DNA of 64,000 bases from Octopus vulgaris (Eukaryota): NCBI GenBank assembly GCA_951406725.2, contig OX597818.1, forward strand, positions 80,414,001 to 80,478,000, written 5' to 3'. Positions within the stretch are counted from its first letter, which is position 1; each line of letters starts with the position of its first letter. Shown one piece after another: positions 41,197 to 54,416 of this stretch. Made by a program: the position numbers and the translations under genes. Under the pieces are notes generated by a model that searched no databases, was not told the origin of the DNA, and saw only the letters and a list, made by a program, of their open reading frames with translations.

Positions 41197-43346
41197 GGTT
41201 AGGAAATAAGATGTTTCAGGAAGGTTTATAACTTCTCAAAAGGCTCATTAGTTGTGGTGTTGGTCTAGTTAGTATTATCTCAACATTGCACGTACGAAAA
41301 TGTTTGGTCCAGAGACGCGTGGGGTGGTGCTGGTGGAATTGTTAAAGCATTGGGCAAAAGGCCTGGTGGTATTTCATCCAATCCTTTACATTCTGAGTTA
41401 AAATTCCGTTGAAGCAGACTTTACCTTTCATCCTTTCGGGTTAGATAAAATAAGTACCAGTTGAGCACTGGAGTCGATGTAATCAACTATACCCCCTCTA
41501 TCAAAATTTCAAGCCTTATACCTGCAGAAGAAAGAACTATTGTATAATTCTCATTGCTGGCAGAATCGTTAACGCGTTGGACAACGTGCTTAGCACTATT
41601 TCGATTCATTACGTTCTGAGTTCAAATTCCGTTGAGGCTAAATTTGCTTTTAGTCGTTTCGGGGACGATAAAATAAGGACCAGTTTAGCATTGAGGTCGA
41701 CGTAATCCACTAAACCCTTCCTCCTAAAATTGCAGGCCTGGTGTCAACATTTGAAACCATTATTATTGAAAAAGTATTTGTTGATTGCTAATATAGGGAG
41801 GAGAATATAAGATCTTAGAACAAACTTTTCGATAGAATAAATTATCGACGAAACTTAGCAACGACAGCAAGATATGGTGTATTTATAACGACTATAAAAA
41901 TTGGATGACATGCAACGCTGGACGGTTCAATTCAAAGATTAACAATGGTGTTTTTTCATGTGTATCGTGCCAGGAGATTTTATCAAGAGTTTTGGCTGTA
42001 AATCTATATTGTAATTTTGTGATAAAATGATCTACGTTGGTTTCTGTGTTACTTAATGTATGGTGGTGGGTTTGTGCTTGGTTGGTGGTTCTGTGTTGCA
42101 TGATGTATAATGGCAGATTTTTTGTTAATATAATGCAGTAGTTCAATGCTACACACACTATACTGAGAGTTATGTGTTGCATAATAATCCCATGTTGTAC
42201 AACATTCTGAGTTACATATCTGTCCTGTGTTACATAAAGTATATTTGTAGGTCTGTGTTACACACAGAGCATTTTGGTAGGTCTGTGTTACATAATGTAT
42301 GTTAGTAGGTCTATGTTACATAATATATGTTGGAAATTATGTATTACATAGTGTAGTTTGGTATATTTGTGTTACATAATGTATAGCCGTAGTTCTATAT
42401 TGCACAATGTATGTTGAGAGTTCTGCCTTACACAGTAGTTCCGTGTTACATAACAGTTCTGTGTTATATATAAAGTATACTGGTAGGTCTGTGATGCATA
42501 ATTATGTTTCTAGGTCTGTGTTACATAATGTACATTGGCAGTTCTTTTGAATACCCGCACATATTGGTCGTTCTCTTTTACGTTGGTATTATTCCGTACA
42601 TTCGTATATATTAATAGATTTGTGGTTCATTTATGGATACAAGAAGTTTTATAGCACATTATTGGATGTCACTTGTAATAATAACAATAATAATAGTTGT
42701 TCGGGATGTCTTTATGGGCGTTAGTACATATTGTAGAGCTTCCATCCACCTTGAACACACTGAGGTACAGTGAATGTATCATGAGGTAGGTTGATGTATC
42801 CTTATAACACTCGTATTTTCAGCTCTGTTATTTATGCAGAACCCTTGCCTTTTGGTGCGTCGATTTCGATGTACTGTAGTACACCCATAGATATTCCAAG
42901 CATTGCGGTACATTGGTATCTGCTTCTTTTTGTACTGTAGTACACCTAAGGATGGTCTTGGCATTATGGAAAATATATATCTGTCCTTTGTACTGTAGGA
43001 CATTCATATCTGTTTTTAGTACTGTCATACATCAATAAAAGTTTGTAACAACGAGGTATGTCAGTTTCTCTTATTAGTTCTGTAGTTCATTCCGCTAAAC
43101 ACCTGCAGCATACTGGTAGGTCTGTACTACATAATAATGTACATGGCGGTAGTTCTATGTTACACAATGTATGTCGAAAGTTCTGTGTTACTTAACAGTC
43201 ATGTGTTGTGTGTGTGTGTGTCTGAAGGTGCAGTTTCCTTCTTGAATGTAAAAAAACTCTTTCGTATCACCACTGTACAGCCAAGTACGACCAACTACCA
43301 AACAACTGTAAGAAAGGAACCAAATAAGACGTTTATAAAGCTGTAG

Positions 43347-43805
43347 CTAGAAGGGATCTGCTTTTTTCCCTGATGAACTCTTACTATCATCAATAATATC
43401 TGTCTGGTCTGACCAGCTCACCCTTGATGGCTTTCGTACACTTTCATCAACAGTGTCGCTACCCGCTTTATGTTTGACAGTAACAACAGCAACAGCGGGA
43501 AGAGCAGCAGCAGCAAGAGCAGCGGTAGGGATATCCTCTGCAGTAATAACAGAAGTCGTAGCAGTTTTAACAGCACGATCAACACCGTCCTTACCACCTC
43601 CGTAATCGGAAACAGCAATAGAAGGAAGGGTAGCTGTCGAAATAGGAGGGGTGGTGGCAACATCGTCTTTATTGACGACAATCTCACTACCGTCATCCGC
43701 TTTAAGAGAAGAATATGAACAACAGAAAACCATGTTGACGTAGTTCCTTGTTGTGTCCATACAGTCTGGGGAATTAGATTTGGTGTCTTCATCATCATGC
43801 AACAT
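43347..43805 (-). CDS. Candidate host coding exon or short ORF (152 aa, unknown product)
   Basis: The only long non-repeat, non-TE reading frame with protein-like composition (MLHDDEDTKSNSPD...KPSRVSWSDQTDIIDDSKSSSGKKADPF*). It is followed on the minus strand by ~1.5 kb free of SINEs, a possible 3' UTR. No domain recognised. Confidence 0.45.
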   Translation of the reverse strand: MLHDDEDTKSNSPDCMDTTRNYVNMVFCCSYSSLKADDGSEIVVNKDDVATTPPISTATLPSIAVSDYGGGKDGVDRAVKTATTSVITAEDIPTAALAAAALPAVAVVTVKHKAGSDTVDESVRKPSRVSWSDQTDIIDDSKSSSGKKADPF

Positions 43806-43919
43806 ATTGGTAGTTTTGGTATTGGTGGATGCGTGATGTATATGTGTGTGAGAGAGGTGGAGTAGGGGTGCGTATAAATAGATAAACAGAAAGACAGACA
43901 GATAGATATAGACACACAA

Positions 43920-44490
<571 letters not shown>

Positions 44491-45042
44491 CTAAAGAAGC
44501 TAATTACCCATATATGGCAATGAAACTTTGGCAAAATTCTGTTTGCTGTTTCAGTAGAAAGTGGTGTACAGCATACGATACAAAGACGTTTAAAATATAT
44601 ATAAATTTTTCTGATTTATCTTCTCCTTCCTGGTTGACATGAATATTTTTGTATACATCCAAGTAAGGACTTATAAATAGATATTTTTCTCAAAAAATGA
44701 CTCTTTCCCTTTCTCCTATAAAGCGTTAGACTGGTAAAACATTTGGTATAGTTTGTCCGTCCTTTAGTTTAAGTCCATTGTCTTAGTTTAGGTCCATTGG
44801 TATATAATATACATATATATGTAAATATGTGTAAATTGAATGTAAACTGGATCAAGGAGATAAACTGATAAAAATTCCAAGAGGAGCAAAGACTCTACAT
44901 CCGGACATTTCACCAATGAAACATTCTAAAATCATTCGGAGATATTCGCTATCGTGACGTCTTTGGTGATGTTACTTATTAAATTCGGGATAACACACAC
45001 ACACACACGCACGCACGTACAGACACACACGCGCGCACACAC

Positions 45043-45106
<64 letters not shown>

Positions 45107-45459
45107 ACACACATATGTATATATGAATGCATCTGCGTCTGTATGCGTGCGCGTCCATCAGTTTGTGTCCTGTCTGCGCGAGCCTAACGGTTTCTTTGGC
45201 ACATGAGGCTGCTTTCTAAGAATGCCTACAGATGAGTGTGTGTGTGTGTGTGTGTGTGTGTGGAGGGGTGTATGTGTGTGTATGTCTGTCTGTCTTTGGA
45301 TGTATACATACAAACACACACGCGTGCGCGCACATATATGGAGAAGATATAATATACACACACACACTCACACGCGCACATATACATGTAATACAAGGAT
45401 ATATACTCCCACACACTCAAAACATATATGTGTGTATGAATATTTACATATATGTGTAA

Positions 45460-45547
<88 letters not shown>

Positions 45548-45768
45548 GCACACGCATACCTTCTTTCATTCGTTTATTTGTTTCAGTCATTTGACTGCGG
45601 CCATGCTGGAACACCGCCTTTAGTCGAGCAAATCGACCCCAGGACTTATTCTTTGTAAGCCTGGTACTTATTCTACTGGTCTCTCTTGTCGAACCGCTAA
45701 TTTACGAGGACGTAAACACACCAGCATCGGTTGTCAAGCGATGTTGGGGGGACAAACACAGCCACACA

Positions 45769-45809
<41 letters not shown>

Positions 45810-45930
45810 TTATTTAGAAATGTATGTATGCATGTATGTGCGTGTATGTATGTATGTATGTATGTATGTATGTATGTATGTATGTATGTATGTATGTGTG
45901 TGTGTGATGGAGTATGTATACATGTATGTA

Positions 45931-45993
45931 CACCTCCTCGACTTACGACCTGTCAGTCGGAACGGAACCCGGTCGTAAGTCGAGGAGAAGGTG
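45931..45993. mobile_element. Miniature Tigger/pogo-like MITE
   Basis: Perfect 17-bp inverted repeat ctcctcgacttacgacc / ggtcgtaagtcgaggag. Confidence 0.65.
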
Positions 45994-46642
45994 AATGTGC
46001 ATGTTCGGGAATGTCTCAGTACTACCACCTGACAACCAATTTGGGCTTTCTTATGTTTCCGTTACTTAATTTCAACAAATGATGCCTTTAGAATAAGTGC
46101 CAGACTTAAGAAAATAAGTCCTGGGGTTGATTTGTTCGACTAAAACCGGTCAAGGCAGTGCTCCAGCATGACTAGAATCCAATGACAGAATGAAGTGAAA
46201 AATAAATAAATAAGTATACATAAGGTGTATACTAAAGTCTAGTTAATAACGTATATATTTGGAGCAAATCGTTTCCTGTACTCTTAGCCAGGATCCGAAC
46301 CTTGGCTAGATTTTTCTACAAGTTCCATCCTACTGTTCTCAGCATTCATGAGAGTCAACTGTTAACCTAAGGCCATTTCGTGTCAGACGTAGTTAAAAGT
46401 ATATAACAGACGAAAAAGCCTTTCTTTAACCTGGCCTGATTTGAGTAGGAAAATATCAATACAGGACCCAGATTTAATTCTACCTCTTTCACTTGGCCCT
46501 TCACTAGAAGAGCATCTCTCTTTTTCTCCATGTTTTTCCCCTTCACTAATGGCTTGTCACCGAGGGACCATACAACGTCCACGCTTTCCACTTGTCAAAT
46601 CCAGGGAGGTAAATTCTATTACTCTCTCTCTCTCTCTCTTTC

Positions 46643-46716
<74 letters not shown>

Positions 46717-46982
46717 TTTACATTCCGCCTTCTAGCAGTCACATAGATGAATATAGCTACTTACAAAATGAAGAATAGAACTTAACTGATATTTCTACAA
46801 CAACACGAAAAAGTTGCTTCTTATATTGTAACGGTAAAATAAAGACCATATCAGCTAATATTTTTCTCCACGTCATTTATTTGGTGCATATATCCGTTTA
46901 ATATTCATTCTTAATACGTTTCGTACGTGAATATCTGATAGCTGGTGCTTTTCGTCTTCGGAGAACACCACTCCCATTTGAT

Positions 46983-47227
46983 CAGTGGTTCTCAACTGGG
47001 GTCCACATGACTCTTAGGGTCCATATCTGTGCAATAAATTGATTATACTTCTACAATGCACAAAATATTTTAGCAATTTTTTAATACAATTCCTAATGGC
47101 ATTTAATTGCAAAGAATATAATGAGATGTTTTTAAACATTGAATGGCTTTGAGGATCCAACCAAGAAAAACAGGAATTAAGGAGGATTCATAAGTAAAAA
47201 TAAAAAAAGAATGGTTGAAAACCACTG
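46983..47227. mobile_element. hAT-like MITE
   Basis: TIRs cagtggttctcaac / gttgaaaaccactg. Related ends occur at ~36060, 37605-37621 and 33385-33397. Confidence 0.75.
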
Positions 47228-47257
47228 CTTAAGACTATGTGTGATCATAAGACACGT

Positions 47258-47349
47258 GATTCACCGGTGTAAAGGGGCTGTGAGACACCGCGGTGTTTCG
47301 AGCACGTTGTGTCTCCTCAGTCGAAGCTATCCCGCTGGACCGATGAATC
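47258..47349 (-). ncRNA. Canonical type I hammerhead ribozyme
   Basis: Minus strand GAUUCAUCGGU..GGG..GCU uc GA CUGAGGA GACAC aac GUGcUC GAAA CACCGCGGUG UC^UC ac AGC CCC..ACCGGUGAAUC. The core is intact, with a GUC triplet and all three helices. Confidence 0.85.
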
Positions 47350-48050
47350 TCACAAGAGCACGAAGTCTTGTTTATAGGAATCAGCAAAGAAATTATAATT
47401 TAGTCCAGGCATAAGCAACATTTTTCGAAAAGCGGGCTGCATGAGACATGACTCATCATCAGGCGAGCCTAAAAATAACTCAAGGTAACTTTTCATTCGG
47501 AGTGTCCTTGACTGGTTTAGTTTATTTCTATAACACATCTTCGATGGGGAAAAAATTTATTACGAGCGGGATTTCTTCGTGTTGCTGCTGTTGTCTTTTA
47601 GCCCCAGTTCAGTTCTGATCCAGCAGAGCTATGATCAAAAGCATTCTAACCGTGGCCATCCATATATTTTAGGGAATCTTGTCTAGCATAACCTTCTTTT
47701 CTAAGATAGTATGGTGTGATTTCAAGGAAACTTGACTGCTATTTCTTGGGTGTTCGACTTAAAACGACACGCATTTGAATACCACTTCCTGGAACTCGAG
47801 AGCTTTTAGCCGAGTACATTCTTTTGGATGCTTGAAGTGAATTGCTTCCTGGATTCTTAACCAGGATTCGAAACTTAATCTAATTTATTTTTGGAAACTA
47901 CTTTCTACTAGGTTATTGCCCGTTGTTACTCTGTCAGCAACTTTATTTGTTAATCATACACGTACCTTCGTAAATTGTTCAAAGTGAAAGTCATTTTTAA
48001 AATGTGTTGCATTGTCTGTATGTTGAAAGGCATACACACATGCACGCACG

Positions 48051-48146
<96 letters not shown>

Positions 48147-49527
48147 CACACATGCACGCACACGCACACGCTTCTTTTCTTTTCCCTCTAATAGATGTTG
48201 TGACGGATAGACAGACAGATCTGCTTCTCTTTTATAACATATGATTGAACTCGGCATTTACATGAAGAAATTTGTGAGAGCAACTGTCATATTTAAATAA
48301 GTACTATTGTTTTCTGAAGATCCTTAGGTTAAATACAGTTCAGAACAGATAACAGACAAAAATCCTTTATTTAGCCTGACCTAATTTAAGTCGGAAAATA
48401 TTATAAATACACAACTCAAATTCAATTCTTTCTCTTTCAGTCAGTGGCTCACCGAAGGGCATCCCTCTTTCACCTGACGCCTAGCCAAAGGAACTCTTCT
48501 CTCATAATAATGTCATCAAGAGAATATCTCTACTCATCAACCTAGAGATGTAAATTATCTTACTTTTCACCTTCCTTCAACCATCTGTTTCCAAGTAGAT
48601 ACATAGATGAATACAACTGCCCATGAAATGGGCAACAGAACTTCAACTGTACAGCTCGAAACAGTTGTCTTTTATATGGTAACGATAAACTAAAAGCCAT
48701 TCCAACAAATTATTATTTTCCTGTCGTTCATTCCATGGACTCCTCAACAAATCCATTACACATTTAGTTACGCTTGACATTCGAACTCTAATCCGTATAT
48801 GTCTCAGCTGGAGCATGACACATCAATAAACAACCGCATATAATCGTTACACACTAAACCATAAATAATGATAGAGCTACTGCAGAGAAGCTCCTTTGTT
48901 TATCTGACATACCTTCTTCGATCGTTTTGGTCAAGGACTATTACAAGATTTCCCATTTAATATATGTAAACCTCTCCGGATCTCAGAAAGATTTCATGGT
49001 ATAAAGATCTACAACAAAAGATCTGTATTTTTTTTACATGACATTATAAAGTGTGATTTGAAGGAGATCTGACTACTGCTTTTAAAGACAATTATATTAT
49101 CCAATGTGCTCCCCCAATTTTTTAAAGAGTAGAGTAGGGTATGATCTAAAGATTTAGTTACTGTTTCCTGCAAGTGGAACAACTGCGCAGGCGCTCACAA
49201 CACAAAAACATACAATAGTTCGGTTTCTCTCTCTCTCTCTTGATCTATGCGTGCATGTATTTATATACATATGTACACATATACATATATGCAGACACAC
49301 ACACATATACCTATACATATATACGCATGCACACACATATGTACATACATACATACATACAAACATATATACAAGTATACTTATACACTCACACATATGT
49401 ATTTATATATATATATATATATATACAAAAAAGAATGTTGTAATTCGCTTGAAGCATTATAGTACAGAAGTAGAAAAAGGAAAAGGAAATAAAGAAAGTT
49501 TCTAAGAATGCAGAAAGTTTTACAAAA

Positions 49528-49569
49528 GCCTTTATATTTCGGGCGCAAAGGCCCATTCTCAGAAAAAGC
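49528..49569 (-). ncRNA. Hammerhead-like motif capping a long hairpin
   Basis: Minus strand GCUUUUU CUGAGAA U GGGC cuuugc GCCC GAAA UAUA AAGGC, inside inverted repeats 49485-49526 / 49591-49632. Confidence 0.6.
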
Positions 49570-49663
49570 AGTCCAAGAAATATAATAGTCTTTGTAAAAC
49601 TTTCTGCATTATTACAAGCTTTCTTTACTTCCCTTCTATGTGTGTATGCACACGCACACACAC

Positions 49664-49732
<69 letters not shown>

Positions 49733-50313
49733 GTTTTGGGTGTGTGTATGGGCGCATGTGTATATGTATATTAGTTCCCTTCACGACAATGTATAGTTAC
49801 CAGCATGACGATATATAGTCCGACCACATTGAGGCTTTCCCATTAGCTCTATAACACCGAGTGTTGACAGGACCAATAAAACTCCAAACAAATACCTTGC
49901 TGTATTTTATGCTCCTTTATCATCAGAAATTCACCCTTGTCATGCATTGTTCAAGTGACAATAAAATAAAGTATCAATGAAGTATTGAGACCGATATAAT
50001 CGATAATATAACTGACGTTGCAAATTTATGGTCTTATGTCTATCGTTGTAACTCATCATATATTATTTATGTGCACTAAGACAAATACATTGTTATCACA
50101 TGCTGTCTAATTGTAGTTATGTTGTTCATATGACAAGGATTCGAGTGTTAACCTGGCTCAATGGGAAATATCTAATTTATTTATGAGGTCGGACATTTTA
50201 TACTTTCTACGAGTCTTTTATTGAACTACAGACATTATTGTATTCAGATATTAATACATATACATAATACATACATACCTGAATGCACACATACATAATA
50301 AAGTTTGTTCCGA

Positions 50314-50375
<62 letters not shown>

Positions 50376-50387
50376 ATAATGATAATA

Positions 50388-51090
50388 ATAATCCTTTCTA
50401 CTAAAGGTGCAAGGCCTGAACTTTGGTGAAACGGGACTAGCCGATTACATCGACCTCTTGGCGGAATTTGAACTCGGACGTAGCAGCAGACGAAATACCT
50501 ATTTCTTTACTACCCACAAGGGGCTAAACACAGAGAGGACAAACGGATTAAGTTGTTTATATCGACCCCAGTGCGTAACTGGTACTTATTTAATAGACCC
50601 CGAAAGGATGAAAGGCAAAGTCAACCTCGACGGAATTTGAACTCAGAACGTAGCGGCAGACGAAATACCTATTTCTATTTCTTTACAACCCGCAAGGGGC
50701 TAAACACAGAGAGGACAAACAAGGACAGACAGACGGATTAAGGCGATTATATCGACACCAGTGAGTAACTGGTACTTATTCAATCGACCCCGAAAGGATG
50801 AAAGGCAAAGTCGACCTCGGCGGAAATTGAACTCAGAACGTAGCGGCAGGCGAAATACCTATTTCTTTACTACCCACAAGGGGCTAAACACAGAGGAGAC
50901 AAAGAAGGACAGACAAACGGATTAAGTCGATTACATCGACCCCAGTGTGTAACTGGTACTTAATTTATCGACCTCGAAAGAATGAAAGGCAAAGTCGACC
51001 TCGGCGGAATTTGAACTCAGAACGTAGTGGCAGGCGAAATACGGCTACGCATTTCGCCTGATTCTGGGTAACGATTCTGCCAGCTCGCCG
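50388..51090 (-). mobile_element. SINE family B tetramer
   Basis: One head at ~51090 and four bodies joined at gacgaaatacc|tatttct (plus-strand view). Confidence 0.88.
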
Positions 51091-51339
51091 ACTCAGTAAC
51101 AATAATTCGTGGGATACCCGCAGCATAGCGATTATTCAAACAATAAAGCGTCTCTTCATTCATAGTAAGTTCTGGACGTAGTGGAGGCATGAAGGAAAAT
51201 GAGTGTGTATTGTGTGTGTGTATATAAGTATATATGCATGCATGTATGTACAAATATGTGTGTATGCACACACACACGCACGCACACACTAAGGCTCTTT
51301 GTATACATACATTTTTTGTGAGTAATACATTGGCGTTTG

Positions 51340-52016
51340 AAGTTGTTGAATTTGTTTCCTAACCCAGGATAAGTGCTGGGTTCATCACTTTGATCCAGAG
51401 ACAAAAAGATATTCCATGTAGTGGAAACATCCCTCTTCACCTGCTCCAAAGAAGGCCAAGGTCGTTTCATTTGCAGGGAAGGAGATGGCCTCAGTTTCTT
51501 CGAATGCAAAAGAAATTGTGAATGCAAAAGAACATGTGTTTATTCAAAAGGGCCATACCATCAATGGAGGGTTCTATGCCAACTTGCCGATACAGTTACA
51601 AAAGGCTATCAAGATCAAACGCCCTGGAAAACTGACAAAAGGGGCCCTGTTCCCTCAGAACAATGCTCCAGCACACAAGTTCTTGGTTTCAGTGGCTGCT
51701 GTGTATGACTAGTTTTGAACGGGTTAATCCTCCTTCCTATTCTCCTAATTTGATCCAATCTGACTATCATCTGTTCCCCCATATGAAAAAATACGTGGCT
51801 GAGAACTAGTATCGCAGTGACGATGATGTCATATCTGGTGTTGTTGACTTTTTGATCAACATGATGAAAGCTTTTTCAGCAATGGAGTCTAAGCTCTGTA
51901 ACACCGATGGAAGAAGTGTGCAGACCCGAGGAGGACTATGTTGAAAATTAAACCTCATTTAGTCACATTCCATGAGAGTATCTTGGTCAGCCTGTGAACT
52001 TTTCAGCCGACACTTG
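51340..52016 (+). mobile_element. 3' two-thirds of a mariner element, same family as 160-828
   Basis: FLTQDKCWVHHFDPETK..WKHPSSPAPKKAK..GHTING.FYA..KIKRPGKL..QNNAPAH..PSYSPNL..SDYHLFP. Right TIR tcagcctgtgaacttttcagcc..ttg followed by TA. Confidence 0.88.
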
Positions 52017-52028
52017 TATGTGAATATT

Positions 52029-52114
<86 letters not shown>

Positions 52115-52312
52115 TGTGTGTATGTGTGTGTGTCTGTGTTTGTCCCCAGCCACCATCGCTTCATAACCGATGCTGGAATATTTATGTCGCTGTAACGTAG
52201 CGGTTCGGCATAAGAGACCGATAAAATAAGTCCTGGGGTCGATTTCTTCAATTAAAACCCTTTAAGGCAGTGCTCCAGCATGGCCACAGTCAAATGATTG
52301 AAACAAGTAAAA

Positions 52313-52371
<59 letters not shown>

Positions 52372-52700
52372 TAAATATATATATAAATATAGGGATGGTA
52401 TTATTAAAATACCATCAAAAGTGGTTAGCCGTACAGGCAAATTAATTTTATATATATATATATATACACACACAAAATAAGAAAATGGAGAAATACATCC
52501 AAATCAAATATCAATTACCAGATAATACCCAATCACATACTTTATTAAACCACCACATAAGAAACTTTAAGGTCAAACATAATAATGTAGAACAAAACAG
52601 TGTACATAAAGGAGTGTGCATAAAGGAGTAATGTTATACAATAAGTACAATATGTATAAGAGAATATAAATATAAGTAAATATAAATATAAATATAGACT

Positions 52701-52833
52701 ACATCTTACAGCTGTTTCGACTATGCAGATAAGTGTCTCATTTTACTTATATTAGCCATTTATGGTAGGTCAATATGTAGTTATAAATGAGACATTTACA
52801 AAATTATCCTAAGGCCTTTTCGGAGATTATGTG
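52701..52833 (-). ncRNA. Hammerhead-like motif with a very long helix II
   Basis: Minus strand AUCU CCGAAAA GGC..GAUAA..UGUCUCAUUU..AAAUGAGACA..UUAUC..GUC GAAA CAGCUG UA^AGAU. Confidence 0.6.
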
Positions 52834-53462
52834 ATACAAATCAGATTACATACACACTTATATAGGTGTGGGTACATACCCATGATAAAACATATAAATA
52901 TACATATGAAGGCATATACTCATACTCCTATACATATAAATATACATATACATAATGATATAAATAATATAAATCAATAAACATACATATGTTCCACATT
53001 CAATGTTACAGTTTTTCGTCTTAATATTGTGATAATTACAATGTAGAAAAACATACACATATTAATACTAGCTTCATTATCAGTGTCATTACCACTAATG
53101 CTACCAATATCATCATTCATATTATTATTAATAACGCTAATACTAGAAAAACAATATATAGATTCCATTATTATCAATATAGTCACTATAGTACTACAAT
53201 ACCTTGCAAAGTGTTAAATATCCGCATATACATACGAAATATGAAATAAAAGCATTCTGTTTACACGACATTAAGATCCACAGGTGCACAGATGTATGTC
53301 CGAGTTCAAATTTATAATGGAAATTATAAGTTCAGTAAAAATTTAGATTCAGTTGAATATGGTGCTTAAGTTAAAGGCACCAGAATTTAGTATGGTATTA
53401 TCCATATAATTCAAAATGGGGTGATTATAATCAAAATAAGCAACAAGGATATCCAGAGGTAA

Positions 53463-53550
53463 TGCAGTACGATCGTTTCATGCGACTCCATTTAATTGAA
53501 CAATGCAAGTATTACATCAGTTTTAAAATGTAGGGCGATCTTCAGCTGTA
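53463..53550 (-). ncRNA. Hammerhead ribozyme motif with intact core
   Basis: Minus strand CAG CUGAAGA [~59 nt, imperfect helix II] GAAA CGAUCG UA^CUG. Confidence 0.7.
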
Positions 53551-54050
53551 TGCAAATATAGAATGTAGTTAAATTTAAAAGATTCATTTTTATAGTTATT
53601 CCATTAAACAACATCACAAAGAGGGTAAGTAGGTAGACAGAGAAACAAGTTTCATCAACAAAAACATAGTAGTAACTAATATTTTCTTCATGAAGATACT
53701 GCTTATCATTGATTTCACTTTGTTATTTAGATTAGCTAGCGTAGACCTATCGTATGTTGTTATCCGAACGAGATTTAGCTGCTGTTTCTAAACTGGACTA
53801 GAGCAAAATGAAAGGAAGTAATTGCTCGAGAACAAAACGCACTGCCGGTCCAGGAATTGAAACCGCGATCTTGCGATCATAAGTGCAACACCCTGACTAC
53901 TAGACCACACGCCTTCACATACTTATATATGCAAGCGCAGGCGCGAGTGATTGTGTCAGGAACAGAGTGAGAATGTTAGAAATAGAAACGATTTTACTAA
54001 GCAATTTCTTTGATTATTAGGTGAATATCAATAAAATTACTTACAATTAG

Positions 54051-54270
54051 GGCCGCGAGCTGGGCAGAATCGTAAGCACGCTGGGCGAAATACTTAGCGG
54101 CATTTCGTCCGTCTTCACGTTCTGAGCTCAAATTCCGCTGAGGTCGACTTTTCCTTTCATCCCTTCGAAGTCGATAAAAATAAGTACCAGTTGCGTACTA
54201 GGGCCGATGTAATCGACTTACCCCAATCCCCCGAAATTGCTAACCTTGTGTCAAAATTTGAAATTAATAT
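54051..54270 (+). mobile_element. SINE family B (alternative tail)
   Basis: Family B head and body, with tail ccttgtgtcaaaatttgaaa. Confidence 0.8.
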
Positions 54271-54364
54271 TGCTTGCAATTGCAATTAATAATTGTCAAA
54301 TCTTGTTGAAGTTGTTGCTGTTGTTATCGTTGTGACTTTCGTTGTTGTCGTCGTCTTTGTCATC

Positions 54365-54416
<52 letters not shown>

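Noticed and set aside
49890-49935. Minus-strand CUGAUGA
   Set aside because: No helix II or GAAA in register.
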